Both the position numbers and the translations under genes were made by a program. The notes below the pieces were generated by a model that saw only the letters and a program-made list of their open reading frames with translations, had not been told where the DNA came from and searched no databases. This document shows, one piece after another, positions 20,956 through 30,321 of a stretch of 64,000 nt of DNA. The DNA is taken from the NCBI GenBank assembly GCA_021846845.1, contig JAJZWB010000001.1, positions 1,476-65,475 of the forward strand, read 5' to 3'. Source of the stretch: Actinomycetes bacterium. Lineage in GTDB: Bacteria > Actinomycetota > Thermoleophilia > Solirubrobacterales > Solirubrobacteraceae. Positions within the stretch are counted from its first letter, which is position 1. Each line of letters opens with the position of its first letter.

Positions 20956-22110
20956 GTGTCCGAGCCGCCGCATCGAGGGCCCGGCCCGGAGGGGGAGAGG
21001 TCCGGCGTACCGCTCTCGCAGATGACGACGCTGCGGATCGGAGGGCCCGCGCGACGGCTCGTCGACGCGACGTCCGATGCGGAGGTCGTCGATACGATCG
21101 CGGCCGCCGACGCCGCCGGCGAGCCTGTGCTGGTGATCGGCGGCGGCTCGAACCTGGTCGTGTCCGATGCCGGGTTCGAGGGAACGGTCGTCCGCGTGGC
21201 CACGCGCGGCATCCGCACGCGCGGCATCATCGCGGGCGCGGCGAGCCGGGGAGGCGCCGGGAGCACGGCGCCGGAGCGGGTGCGGCTGGAGGTCGCGGCC
21301 GGCGAGCCCTGGGACGGCCTGGTCGCGCGCACGGTCACCGATCGACTGGCCGGGATCGAGTGTCTTTCCGGGATCCCGGGCCTGGCGGGCGCGACACCGA
21401 TCCAGAACGTCGGCGCCTACGGCCAGCAGATCGCCGACACGATCGTCTCGGTGCGCGCCTACGATCGCCGCGAGCGCCGGGTCGTGGAGCTGCCGGCCGA
21501 GCGGTGCGGCTTCGCGTATCGCGCCAGCGCCTTCCGCCGCTGCGATCGCCATGTGCTGCTCGGCGTCACGCTTGAGCTGGAGCGGTCGCCGTTCGCGTGT
21601 CCTCTGCGCTACGCCGAGCTGGCCCGCGCGCTGGAGGCGCGGCCGGGCGCCCGCCCGCCGCTTGAGCTGGTGCGGGAGGCAGTGCTGAGCCTGCGCCGCG
21701 GCAAGGGGATGGTGGTCGACCCGGACGACCCCGACTCGGTCAGCGCCGGCTCGTTCTTCATCAACCCGGTCCTCGGGGCGACCGCTTTCGAGGCTCTGCG
21801 AAGGCGGGCGCGCGATCGCTCCAGCGGCACGACGCAGGCGGGCGAGCGAGCGGGGCCGCCGGCTTGGCCGGAGGCCGACGGCGCCGTCAAGACCTCGGCG
21901 GCATGGCTGATAGAGCGAGCCGGGTTTCACCGCGGTCTCACCGACGGGCGGGTCGGAATCTCCGGCAAGCACACGCTCGCGCTGGTCAACAGGGGAGGTG
22001 CGACGGCAGCCGAGCTGCTCGCCCTGGCGCGGCGGATCCGGGCCGGCGTCCGGGAGGCGTTCGGCGTCACGCTGCGCCCGGAGCCGACGCTGGTCGGCGT
22101 GGAGCTCTAG
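20956..22110 (+). CDS. murB: UDP-N-acetylenolpyruvoylglucosamine reductase
   Basis: In-frame GTG at 20956 of ORF 20764..22110; the upstream codons lie in the tandem repeat. Motifs are TTLRIGGPA, VIGGGSNLVVSD, GIPGLAGATPIQNVGAYG, KTSAAWLIERAGF and GISGKHTLALVN. Confidence 0.9.
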   Translation: MSEPPHRGPGPEGERSGVPLSQMTTLRIGGPARRLVDATSDAEVVDTIAAADAAGEPVLVIGGGSNLVVSDAGFEGTVVRVATRGIRTRGIIAGAASRGGAGSTAPERVRLEVAAGEPWDGLVARTVTDRLAGIECLSGIPGLAGATPIQNVGAYGQQIADTIVSVRAYDRRERRVVELPAERCGFAYRASAFRRCDRHVLLGVTLELERSPFACPLRYAELARALEARPGARPPLELVREAVLSLRRGKGMVVDPDDPDSVSAGSFFINPVLGATAFEALRRRARDRSSGTTQAGERAGPPAWPEADGAVKTSAAWLIERAGFHRGLTDGRVGISGKHTLALVNRGGATAAELLALARRIRAGVREAFGVTLRPEPTLVGVEL

Positions 22111-22141
22111 CTGCGGCGACGCCGGTGGGCGTCGACCCGTC

Positions 22142-22204
22142 GCCCCGAGCCGCCCGAGCCGTGCCCCGAGCCGCCTGAGCCGTGCCCGAACCCCCCGACC
22201 CGTG
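22142..22204. repeat. 21-nt tandem repeat x3 just after murB
   Basis: gccccgagccgcccgagccgt / gccccgagccgcctgagccgt / gcccgaaccccccgacccgt. Confidence 0.85.
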
Positions 22205-22292
22205 GCCGAGCGGCTCGAAGCCGGACCTGGAGCAGACGCTGGGCGACGCCGCGCGTCGGCTCTCGCCCGCAAGCAATCGGCGATCGGCACCG

Positions 22293-23402
22293 ATGGTGTC
22301 GACAGAGCCACCGCGACCACAAGCGACCAAGCGAGATGGATCCGACGTGCCGACGATCGCCCACGATTACGCGCCCGCTCCGACGCTCAGCGAGCTGAAT
22401 GCCAGGCTGGCGCGCGACCTGTCCGGCTGGCCGAGCTTCGATGCCTGCCCGGTCTGCGGAGGATCCAGCGGGCGGTTCGCGGTCCTGCGCCACATGCCCT
22501 ATGACCGGTGCCGTGACTGCGGGTTCACGTTCGCGAACCCGTACCCCCCGCCGCGGGTGTGCGACGGGTTCTACTCAAGTGCCTTCTATGGCAACTACCG
22601 GACCCTGGAGGACCGCCGGAGAGGGCGGGACCGGTACTTCAGCGCCAGCATGTACACCGACCCCCGCGAGCTCGCGAGCCTGATCGCCGCCTACAGCCCG
22701 GAGACGCTGCTGGACTACGGCTGCGGCACCGGCGCCTTCCTGCTGCGGTTGAGGGAGGAGTTCGGGATCAGGGGCGACGGGCTGGAGATCGGAGCGCAGG
22801 CGCGCGATGCAGCGCGCAGGTACGGGCTCCGGCTCGCGGCCACCGCGCGGGAGCTTCCCCAGAGCTCCTACGACATGGTGCTGCTGCTCGAGGTGATCGA
22901 GCACGTCCCGGACCCGGTCGCCTTCCTGGAGGGGATCGCCGGCCTGATCGCCCCGGGCGGCCGTCTTGTGATCACGACGCCGGCGGTCGACAACCCGGTC
23001 GCACGCTGGCTGCCGGGCATCTGCGACCACTACACCGCGCCCAGCCACGTAAGCCTGTTCACCGTCAGGTCGATCGACCGGCTGCTGCGCCGCTTCGCGC
23101 TCATCCCGGAGCGCCGCGTGACCGATCCCGCCCGCCACACCGTCCGCCGGGCGGCTATCTCCGCCCTGTACGGGCTCGACTTCGTGAGCCCGCGGCACGA
23201 CGACGACACCGACGACTCGCTGTTCATCCCCACCCGGCTCGGCCGGCGGCGGGGTCGCGTCCCGACCCGCAAGCCGCTGCTCGGTTCGCGCACGGAGTCC
23301 GTGACCCGCCTCGCCGACCGCACGCTGGCGCGGCTCGCGCCGCGACCCGACCACCTCTACCTGGTAGCCCGGAGCGCGCCCGCGGTCGCGTCCGAGCGGT
23401 AG
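22293..23402 (+). CDS. class I SAM-dependent methyltransferase with N-terminal Cys4 zinc ribbon
   Basis: ORF 22182..23402, with start taken at ATG 22293 downstream of the repeat. Motifs are CPVCGG...CRDCGF, SAM motif I LLDYGCGTGAF, and LLLEVIEHVPDP. Confidence 0.75.
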   Translation: MVSTEPPRPQATKRDGSDVPTIAHDYAPAPTLSELNARLARDLSGWPSFDACPVCGGSSGRFAVLRHMPYDRCRDCGFTFANPYPPPRVCDGFYSSAFYGNYRTLEDRRRGRDRYFSASMYTDPRELASLIAAYSPETLLDYGCGTGAFLLRLREEFGIRGDGLEIGAQARDAARRYGLRLAATARELPQSSYDMVLLLEVIEHVPDPVAFLEGIAGLIAPGGRLVITTPAVDNPVARWLPGICDHYTAPSHVSLFTVRSIDRLLRRFALIPERRVTDPARHTVRRAAISALYGLDFVSPRHDDDTDDSLFIPTRLGRRRGRVPTRKPLLGSRTESVTRLADRTLARLAPRPDHLYLVARSAPAVASER

Positions 23403-23412
23403 AGCTCGGGCC

Positions 23413-24147
23413 CTACGGGGTCCAGGACTCCGCCAGCGGCGTGACGACGAGCTCGTGCGTCGCGGCCCGTGTGCCCTGGTCGGCCAGGAAGCGGACCGCG
23501 TCGGCGATCAGCGCCGGGTCCGCAAGCTCCTCACGTGAGGCGCCGGGGCGCAGGGCTCCGCTCAGCGGCTCGATCCCCGCGTCGACGATCAGCAGCGCCA
23601 CCTGGATGCCGTGGGGGCGAAGCTCGAGCGCGGCCGCGTTGGCGATGGCGCGGGTACCGAACGCGCCCGCGGCCCACAGCCCGCGACCCGGCATCGCGCG
23701 GCGCGCGGAGCCGCCGGTCACCTGGATCAGCGTCGCCGGTCGGCCCTGCGCGAGCATGAACGCGCCGCCGGCCGACAGGAACGAGAAGGCGCTGCGCGCC
23801 GGCGCGGCCGCCCATGCGTCGAACGCGTCCAGCGGCGCCTCGGCGATCGGACCGCCTCCGAACGGGCCGCCTCGGTCGCCGCCGTACGAAGCGGCCGCGT
23901 TGACGGCCAGGTCGACGCCACCGTGCTCGTCGGCGACCCGCCGGAGTGCCGCGCGGACGCTGCCGGGGTCGGTGACGTCGGCCTCGATCGCGAGCGCGCC
24001 ATCCTCGCGCACTCCGTCGAGCGTGGCCGCCGAGCGCGCGGCGCCCGCGACCGCCCAGCCCTCGGCGGCCAGGCGGCGGATGATCGCGCGTCCGAGGTTG
24101 CGAGCGCCGAACACGATCGCGCTGGGCTTGGTCTGAGGATCCACCAT
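23413..24147 (-). CDS. SDR-like NAD(P)-binding oxidoreductase
   Basis: ORF 23413..24147. It has the Rossmann start AIVFGARNLGRAIIRRLAAEGWAV and DLAVNAA. Length and layout are those of the short-chain dehydrogenase family. Confidence 0.65.
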   Translation of the reverse strand: MVDPQTKPSAIVFGARNLGRAIIRRLAAEGWAVAGAARSAATLDGVREDGALAIEADVTDPGSVRAALRRVADEHGGVDLAVNAAASYGGDRGGPFGGGPIAEAPLDAFDAWAAAPARSAFSFLSAGGAFMLAQGRPATLIQVTGGSARRAMPGRGLWAAGAFGTRAIANAAALELRPHGIQVALLIVDAGIEPLSGALRPGASREELADPALIADAVRFLADQGTRAATHELVVTPLAESWTP

Positions 24148-24175
24148 CGCCGGCGCGATCCTATCCCAGGCCGGC

Positions 24176-25369
24176 TCAGCGCGGTCGCACGCCGCCGGGC
24201 GGGGCCACCACGACCCAGAACAGGGTCGCTGACGCGCGCCCTATGTTGCGCCAGCCGGCGATCCGATCGCTGTCCGCGACCAGCACCTCTCCCGCGCGGA
24301 TCGAGGGCGCCTGTCCGGCAACGAGCACCTGGACGAGCCCCTCGGAGACCGCGACGATGCCGCGGGAGCCGGGCGACTGACCCGGGGCGCCGGGCTCCGA
24401 TGCGACGATGTCCTGTGGACCCCCGGCCTCGCGGGGGCGCAGGCGAACGAGGTCGATCCGCAGCCCGGCCGCGTCCGGCAGCAGCGGGACGGTCGTCGGC
24501 GCTGCGCCGGCCCGATCGATCGTGCGGCGCCCGATCCGGTAGGGCTCCGGCTCCTCCCCGTGGAGCAGGTCGTCGACGGTGATCCCGAGCGCCGTGCTGA
24601 GCCTGGCGAGCGTCGCGAGCGACAGCCCCCGCTCGGCGCGCTCGGCCTGGGAGATCGCGCTGGCCGTCACCCCCGCTAGGTCGGCCAGGTCGTGCTGGCT
24701 GAGCGCCCGCGCACGGCGGACGGCGCGCAGCGAGGCCGCGACGCGAGCGATGACGTCCGCGGCCTCCATCACCGGTCTCCCGTTCTCCATGTACCAGTGC
24801 AGCACCGAGCCGCGCACCCGGCGCGGGCGGCCCTCTGCCTTGGCGATGCGCAGGTTCCGCTCGTCCACGCGCAGGACGCACTGCGTCACGGATGCGACCG
24901 TGTCGCGCAGCGCCCGGGGTCCGCGCGCGCTCATCGACCAGTAGGCGATCGCCCCGGCGTCCAGCAGCATCGGGCAGCAGCGCGCGAAGAACGCCTGCGC
25001 CGTGGGGACGCCCCAGATCGCCGCCATCTCGTCCAGCGAGTCGAAGATCAGGAGCCGCCGTCCCCGCGGGGATGAGACTCGCGCCACCTCCTGCAGCAGG
25101 TCGGCGGCGCTGGGCAGGTGCGTGCCCGGGCCGGCGCGGATCACGTCAAGCTCGGACCCGGCGGGAGGGGCCGCCGCGTCGCTCAGCGCCACGTAGACGC
25201 GTGATTCGAACTCGTCCCGCCGACAGGCGATCGCGGCATAGAAGGGCTCGACGGGGGCCGAGTCCAGCTGCCAGACGACGTTGTCGCCCCAGTAGAGCCC
25301 GCCGAGGACGGCATCGAGCGCATCGAGACCAGTCCCAACTCCATGCGCGGTCAGGTCGCCGTCAAGCAT
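24176..25369 (-). CDS. three-domain regulator: KaiC/RecA-like pseudo-ATPase, XRE HTH and cupin
   Basis: ORF 24176..25441, from ATG 25369. The N-terminus has GLDALDAVLGGLYWGDNVVWQLDS but no GxxGxGKT. LLIFDSLDEM is Walker-B-like. The HTH is LSQHDLADLAGVTASAISQAERAERGLSLATLARLSTALGI. The C-terminal cupin is IVAVSEGLVQVLVAGQ...GEVLVADS. Confidence 0.7.
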   Translation of the reverse strand: MLDGDLTAHGVGTGLDALDAVLGGLYWGDNVVWQLDSAPVEPFYAAIACRRDEFESRVYVALSDAAAPPAGSELDVIRAGPGTHLPSAADLLQEVARVSSPRGRRLLIFDSLDEMAAIWGVPTAQAFFARCCPMLLDAGAIAYWSMSARGPRALRDTVASVTQCVLRVDERNLRIAKAEGRPRRVRGSVLHWYMENGRPVMEAADVIARVAASLRAVRRARALSQHDLADLAGVTASAISQAERAERGLSLATLARLSTALGITVDDLLHGEEPEPYRIGRRTIDRAGAAPTTVPLLPDAAGLRIDLVRLRPREAGGPQDIVASEPGAPGQSPGSRGIVAVSEGLVQVLVAGQAPSIRAGEVLVADSDRIAGWRNIGRASATLFWVVVAPPGGVRPR

Positions 25370-25476
25370 CGCTTTACGGGTCCTAGCATCGCACGACCTC
25401 CGGGCCGGCCGCAAGCAGCAGCGCTGTAGGCCGCTGGCCACGCCGTGGCGGCGGGTGTAGACCGTCAGGTGGAGCG

Positions 25477-25968
25477 ATGGAGGTGCTACTGCTCAAACGG
25501 CCGCAAGGCGACGGCCCGGTCTCCGCCGAGCACGGTGGCCCGGTGCGGCGTCTGGCGACGCGGATGCACGCCTGGAGGCTCGACGTCGAGCTCGCCCGCG
25601 GCGCCTCCCCCGACATCGGCGTGGCGCTCTCGCTGCGAGCCCACGAGCTGATCGGGCACGCGATGCGCGTGAGCCTCGCGGGCGAGATCGGGCGGCTGCT
25701 GCTGGAGGCTCGGCGACCGCTGCCCCTGCAGCGATTCCATCTGGTCCCCTGCGGCCCGCACGTGCTGGCCGCCGAGCCGCAGCTGCGCGAGCTCGCGGCC
25801 AGGCTCGCGCAGCCCGGACCGGTCGCCGCGGGCGGCGTCGCGCGCGTGCGGCTGCTGCTGCGCGACGGCGCCGGCCCGGTCTACAACCCGGAGTGCGCGC
25901 ACCAGCTCGGGCGGTTCGTGCAGGCCGCGCTCGACGCGCTCGAGCTGCGGCTGCCGGACGGCGACTGA
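25477..25968 (+). CDS. hypothetical protein
   Basis: ORF 25477..25968, divergent from the regulator. GC3 bias is acceptable. I recognise no motif. Confidence 0.4.
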   Translation: MEVLLLKRPQGDGPVSAEHGGPVRRLATRMHAWRLDVELARGASPDIGVALSLRAHELIGHAMRVSLAGEIGRLLLEARRPLPLQRFHLVPCGPHVLAAEPQLRELAARLAQPGPVAAGGVARVRLLLRDGAGPVYNPECAHQLGRFVQAALDALELRLPDGD

Positions 25969-26138
25969 GGCCGCCGAGCGCTCGTCGCCGAGGCGGCCTT
26001 CGCGGCGGGACGCCGGCTAGGATCTGCGCCGCCCGGCGCGTCCGCGACGCAGCGTCGCCTGCACCGGATCCCGTCGATGCGCCGTTCATCAGCCACGCCC
26101 GCCAGAGACGACCGCCGATCGGCGCCGCGCAGGGTCGC

Positions 26139-27272
26139 GTGAGCCAGCCGGGCGAGCATCAAGGCGAGCGCTCCGCCTACAGCGCCGCCGGCGTCGACTA
26201 CGCGAGCCTGGACGCCGGCAAGCGCAGCGCCCTGACCGAGGCGCTCGCGACCTCCGGCGCGCTGCTCGCCGCACCCGGCGGTCGCGCGATCGACGAGTCT
26301 CGTGGGGAGCCGGCGTTCGTGTTCGAGCTCGGCGACTTGAGGCTCGCGTTCGTGGTCGAGGGTCTCGGGACCAAGTCGCTGATCGCCCGCGCGGTGGAGG
26401 ACCGCCTCGGCGCGCGCGCGTTCGAGAGCGTCGCGTACGACGCCGTCGCCGCGATCGTCAACGACCTCTGCTGCGTCGGGGCCGAGCCGCTGGTGGTGGG
26501 CGCCTACTTCGCGACCGGCGCGTCGGGCTGGTACGAGCACGCCGAGCGGCAGGCGGGGCTGCTGGCCGGCTGGCGCCGTGCCTGCGAGGACGCGGGCGCG
26601 ACCTGGGGCGGGGGCGAGTCGCCGTCGCTCTCCGGCCTGGTGGCCGAGGACGAGATCGAGCTGGCGGGCAGCGCCATCGGCGCGCTGCCGGCAGGCCGCT
26701 CGCCGATCCTCGGCGCCGAGCTCGCCCCGGGCGACGAGATCGTGCTGATCGCCGCCAGCGGCCTGCACGCCAACGGCGCCTCGCTTGCGAGGATGGTCGC
26801 CGGCCGCCTCCCGGACGGCTACCGGACCCGCCTGCCCAGCGGCGCGGAGCTGGGGGAGTCGCTGCTCACGCCGTCGGTGATCTACGTGCCCCTCGTGCGG
26901 GCGCTGCTGCGCTCCGAGGTCGAGATCCACTACCTCAGCCACATCACAGGGCACGGGCTGCTGAAGCTGATGCGCCCGCGCGCGCAGCTCGCCTACGAGA
27001 TCGAGCGTCTGCCGGAGGTCCCCGAGGTGCTGGCATTCCTCGCGGCGCAGGCGGGGATGCCGCCGGCCGAGGCGTACAGGACCTTCAACATGGGCGCCGG
27101 CTTCGCCGTCTACTGCGCGTCAGGCGGCGGCGCGAGGGTGGTGGAGCTGGCGGCCGAGCTGGGTCTGCGGGCGCAGGTGGCCGGCACGGTGCGTCGCGGG
27201 CCCCGGAGCGTGGTGCTGGCGCCGCTCGGCGTCACCTACGCCTCGGAGGACCTGGACCTCGCGCCCCGCTGA
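26139..27272 (+). CDS. PurM/AIR-synthase-related protein (non-canonical paralog)
   Basis: In-frame GTG at 26139 of ORF 25893..27272. Motifs are AGVDYASLDAGK, VVEGLGTKSLIA, VNDLCCVGAEPL, GGGESP, IAASGLHANG and TFNMGAGF. It is colinear with PurM but deviates at several conserved positions. Confidence 0.65.
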   Translation: MSQPGEHQGERSAYSAAGVDYASLDAGKRSALTEALATSGALLAAPGGRAIDESRGEPAFVFELGDLRLAFVVEGLGTKSLIARAVEDRLGARAFESVAYDAVAAIVNDLCCVGAEPLVVGAYFATGASGWYEHAERQAGLLAGWRRACEDAGATWGGGESPSLSGLVAEDEIELAGSAIGALPAGRSPILGAELAPGDEIVLIAASGLHANGASLARMVAGRLPDGYRTRLPSGAELGESLLTPSVIYVPLVRALLRSEVEIHYLSHITGHGLLKLMRPRAQLAYEIERLPEVPEVLAFLAAQAGMPPAEAYRTFNMGAGFAVYCASGGGARVVELAAELGLRAQVAGTVRRGPRSVVLAPLGVTYASEDLDLAPR

Positions 27273-27433
27273 GCGGCGCCGGGAAGGGGGAGCGCCGGTT
27301 GGTCCGGCCGCCCGGGACCCGCTCCGTGACCGGGTCGATGGGTGTCTGCACCCATTCGCGCGTCACGGCCCCGCGCTCGCCCTAACGTCTGAATCGACGG
27401 CGTGGGCCGACCGGCCGCGCCGGAGAGGCGCCC

Positions 27434-28561
27434 ATGCCGCACGAATCCCGTCCCAAGACCGCGCCCGCGAGCGCTCCGAGCGCTTCGCACCCGGCTGCCG
27501 TGCCGTCCCCGGCTGCCGTGCCGTCCCCGTCCGCCCCCACGGCTCCGGCCGCCGCCGCGACCCCGTCCGCCGCGCACGGGGCTCCGGGCGCCACCTGGCC
27601 GGTGCTGTGGCGCGTGTTCGCCGCAAACACCGCCGTGTTCGTGGTCGCGGTCGCGCTGCTGGTGCTGACGCCCCTGGAGATCCACAAGCGGATCAGGGTC
27701 GACGAGCTGGCCGTGCTGCTCGCGGGGCTGGTGGCGATGCTCGCCGTCGACCTGGTGCTGACGCGCCGCGCGCTTCAGCCGCTGGCGCGGCTCGCGCGCC
27801 TGATGGGGACCGTCGATCTCCGCCGGCCCGGTCAGCGCGCGTCCGGCTTCGAGCGCTCCGGAGCGGAGGTCGCCGCGCTCGCGGGGTCGTTCAACGAGAT
27901 GCTGGCGCGGCTCGAGGACGAGCGGCGTGCGAGCGCCGCTCGCGCCCTGGCTGCCCAGGAGGCAGAGCGGCGCCGGATCGCGCGTGAGCTGCACGACGAG
28001 GTCGGGCAATCGCTCACGGCGGTCGTGATGCGCGCCGAGCACGTGGCCTCGCGGGCGTCTGGCGACCGTGCCGTCGCGGAGCTGGGCGAGCTCGCCGGGA
28101 TCGTCAAGGGCACCCTCGTCGACATCCGGAGGATCTCACGCGAGCTGCGTCCCGAGGCGCTGGATGACCTCGGTCTCGCCAACGCCCTGACCGCGCTCTG
28201 CAACCGGGTCGCGGAGTCGGCTCGGATCGGCGTGGGGCGCAGGATCCAGACGCCGCTTCCCGCGCTGTCCGCCGGGGTGGAGCTCGCCGTCTACCGCGTG
28301 GCTCAGGAGTCCCTGAACAACGTGGTCCGCCACGCGCATGCGTCCCGGGCCGACCTCTCCCTCGCGGTCCAGGGCGACCATCTGGTGCTGATCGTCGCCG
28401 ACGACGGCGTCGGACTGGGTGCACCGCAGGTTGACGGTGGCGGGCTCTCCGGCATGCGCGAGCGCGCGATCCTGATCGGCGCCCGGCTGGAGGTGGAGGC
28501 CGCCCGCGACGGCGGGACCGTGGTGACGCTGTGCCTCCCGTTTGAAGCGGTGGCACGGTGA
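27434..28561 (+). CDS. membrane sensor histidine kinase (HAMP + HisKA_3 + HATPase)
   Basis: ORF 27434..28561. It has two TM segments, a HAMP region LAGSFNEMLARLE, H-box RIARELHDEVGQSL, N-box AQESLNNVVRHA, and VADDGVGL. Confidence 0.9.
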   Translation: MPHESRPKTAPASAPSASHPAAVPSPAAVPSPSAPTAPAAAATPSAAHGAPGATWPVLWRVFAANTAVFVVAVALLVLTPLEIHKRIRVDELAVLLAGLVAMLAVDLVLTRRALQPLARLARLMGTVDLRRPGQRASGFERSGAEVAALAGSFNEMLARLEDERRASAARALAAQEAERRRIARELHDEVGQSLTAVVMRAEHVASRASGDRAVAELGELAGIVKGTLVDIRRISRELRPEALDDLGLANALTALCNRVAESARIGVGRRIQTPLPALSAGVELAVYRVAQESLNNVVRHAHASRADLSLAVQGDHLVLIVADDGVGLGAPQVDGGGLSGMRERAILIGARLEVEAARDGGTVVTLCLPFEAVAR

Positions 28562-29217
28562 CGGTCCCTCTCAGGACGCGCGTCCTGCTGGTCGACGACC
28601 ACGCGGTGGTGCGAAGCGGGCTGCGGATGGTCCTCGACTCCGAGCCTGACATCGAGGTCGTCGCCGAGGCCGGCGACGGCGCCGAGGCGGTCGCGCTGGC
28701 GCTGCGCTCAGATGTCGACCTGGTGGTGCTCGACGTCTCGATGCCGCGCATGACCGGCCTGCAGGCGGTCGCCGAGCTGCACCGCCGGCGCCCGGCGATG
28801 CGGCTGCTGATCCTCTCGATGCACGACAACGAGCAGTACTTCTTCGAGGCTCTGAAGGCCGGAGCCTCGGGCTACGTGCTCAAGGCGGCAGCCAACCGGG
28901 AGCTGATCGAGGCGATCCGCGCGGCGATGCGCGGCGAGCCGTTCATCTACCCGGCCGCGCTCGCGGCGCTGCTGCGCGACCACATCGAGCGTGCGTCTCG
29001 TGGTGAGGAGCCGCCCGCCAATCCCCTCAGCCCTCGCGAGCAGCAGGTCGTCAAGCTGATCGCCGAGGGCCACTCGGCCGATGAGATCGCGCAGGTCCTG
29101 TGCATCAGCCCTAAGACGGTCGAGCGCCATCGCGGCAACATCCTGGACAAGCTCGGGATGCGCAACCGCGTGCAGCTCACCCGCTACGCGATCCGCGCCG
29201 GGCTCGTCGAGCCCTGA
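28558..29217 (+). CDS. NarL/LuxR-family response regulator
   Basis: ORF 28558..29217. Its GTG overlaps the kinase stop. Motifs are VLLVDDHAVVRSG, VLDVSMPRMTG and the LuxR HTH SPREQQVVKLIAEGHSADEIAQVLCISPKTVERH. Confidence 0.92.
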   Translation: MTVPLRTRVLLVDDHAVVRSGLRMVLDSEPDIEVVAEAGDGAEAVALALRSDVDLVVLDVSMPRMTGLQAVAELHRRRPAMRLLILSMHDNEQYFFEALKAGASGYVLKAAANRELIEAIRAAMRGEPFIYPAALAALLRDHIERASRGEEPPANPLSPREQQVVKLIAEGHSADEIAQVLCISPKTVERHRGNILDKLGMRNRVQLTRYAIRAGLVEP

Positions 29218-29313
29218 TCCGCGCCGCGCTCCCGAGCCCTGATCCGCACTGGGCTCCCGAGCCCCGGGGGCGCCGAATCGCGCCCCGCCGCAAGATCCGC
29301 GAAGCTTCCCGTC

Positions 29314-29775
29314 ATGCAAGACGTGGCGATGTTCCTCCACCTGCTCGGCGCCCTGCTGTTCGCGGCCGGGATCGTGCTCGTCGGGACCGTGTTCGAGGCG
29401 GCCCGCCGGCGGACGCGGGCTTCGGAGGTTGCGCTGCTGCTCGGCCTCGCGCGCGTGGCGGTGCCGATCGTGGGGCTGGGGGCGCTGCTGGCCGGCGTGT
29501 TCGGCCTCTGGCTCGTGCACCTCGGCCACTGGGGCTATGGCTCCGGCTGGGTCGACGCGGCGATCGTGCTGTACCTGGTTGCGCTTGCGCTCGGGGCCGT
29601 CGGTGGTCGTCGGCCGAGGCAGGCGCGGCTGCTGGCCGCCGAGCTGGCCGGCCGGGACGAGCCGATCAGTGACGAGCTGCGGGCGCTGCTCGACGACCCC
29701 GTCTCGCTCGCGGCCAACTACGTGTCGGGGGTGGTCGTGCTCGCGATCGTCGTGCTGATGGTGTTCAAGCCCTGA
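29314..29775 (+). CDS. DUF2269-like four-TM membrane protein
   Basis: ORF 29314..29775. It has four hydrophobic segments and the start MFLHLLGALLFAAGIV. The family assignment is from memory only. Confidence 0.55.
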   Translation: MQDVAMFLHLLGALLFAAGIVLVGTVFEAARRRTRASEVALLLGLARVAVPIVGLGALLAGVFGLWLVHLGHWGYGSGWVDAAIVLYLVALALGAVGGRRPRQARLLAAELAGRDEPISDELRALLDDPVSLAANYVSGVVVLAIVVLMVFKP

Positions 29776-29886
29776 GCGCCGGTGCCCTCGGCGGCGCGCC
29801 GCGGGGCGTGCCGGCGGTTGCGGCCCCGGGCGGCTGTAGGATTGCGCTGGATCACGGAGACAGGAGGTCTCGGAGATGGAGCGAGC

Positions 29887-30147
29887 ATGAGCCTCGAGTT
29901 GCTGGACGCACGCGAGACGGCCGAGGGGATCGAGGTCACCTTCGCAACGGAGCGTGGGCTGGAGACGCTTGAGGGCAGCTGCGAGGAGATCGCGCGCCTG
30001 TCTCGGGTGATGGCGCAGGTGGCGGCGCTGGCGGCCGTCAACGAGGACGAGCGAGTGTGGATCGACAGGGTCGAGGTCGGCGATGCGGTCGTCCATCTGG
30101 GGCTCAAGCCCGGCGGACAGGCGAAGGTGCGGATCGTCCGCCGCTGA
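29887..30147 (+). CDS. hypothetical small protein (86 aa)
   Basis: Internal ATG at 29887 of ORF 29782..30147, preceded by ggagatggag. The product is acidic and soluble-looking. I recognise no family. Confidence 0.45.
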   Translation: MSLELLDARETAEGIEVTFATERGLETLEGSCEEIARLSRVMAQVAALAAVNEDERVWIDRVEVGDAVVHLGLKPGGQAKVRIVRR

Positions 30148-30159
30148 GCGCAGGGGGCG

Positions 30160-30283
30160 TCCGGTCACAGAGGCGAGCGTGGCCCCGGCGCCTTCGGAGC
30201 CTGGCCCCGGGCCCTGGGGATTCCGGTCACAGAGGCGAGCGTGGCCCCGGGCCCATCGGAGCGCGGCCCCGGGCGCCTCGGCG
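30160..30283. repeat. 62-nt tandem repeat x2 between the small ORF and the MTHFR-like gene
   Basis: tccggtcacagaggcgagcgtggccccgg... occurs at 30160 and again at 30222. The tails are more diverged. Confidence 0.85.
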
Positions 30284-30321
30284 CGTGGCCGCCCCGCGCG
30301 GTCGCGGATCGGAGCGACGGC

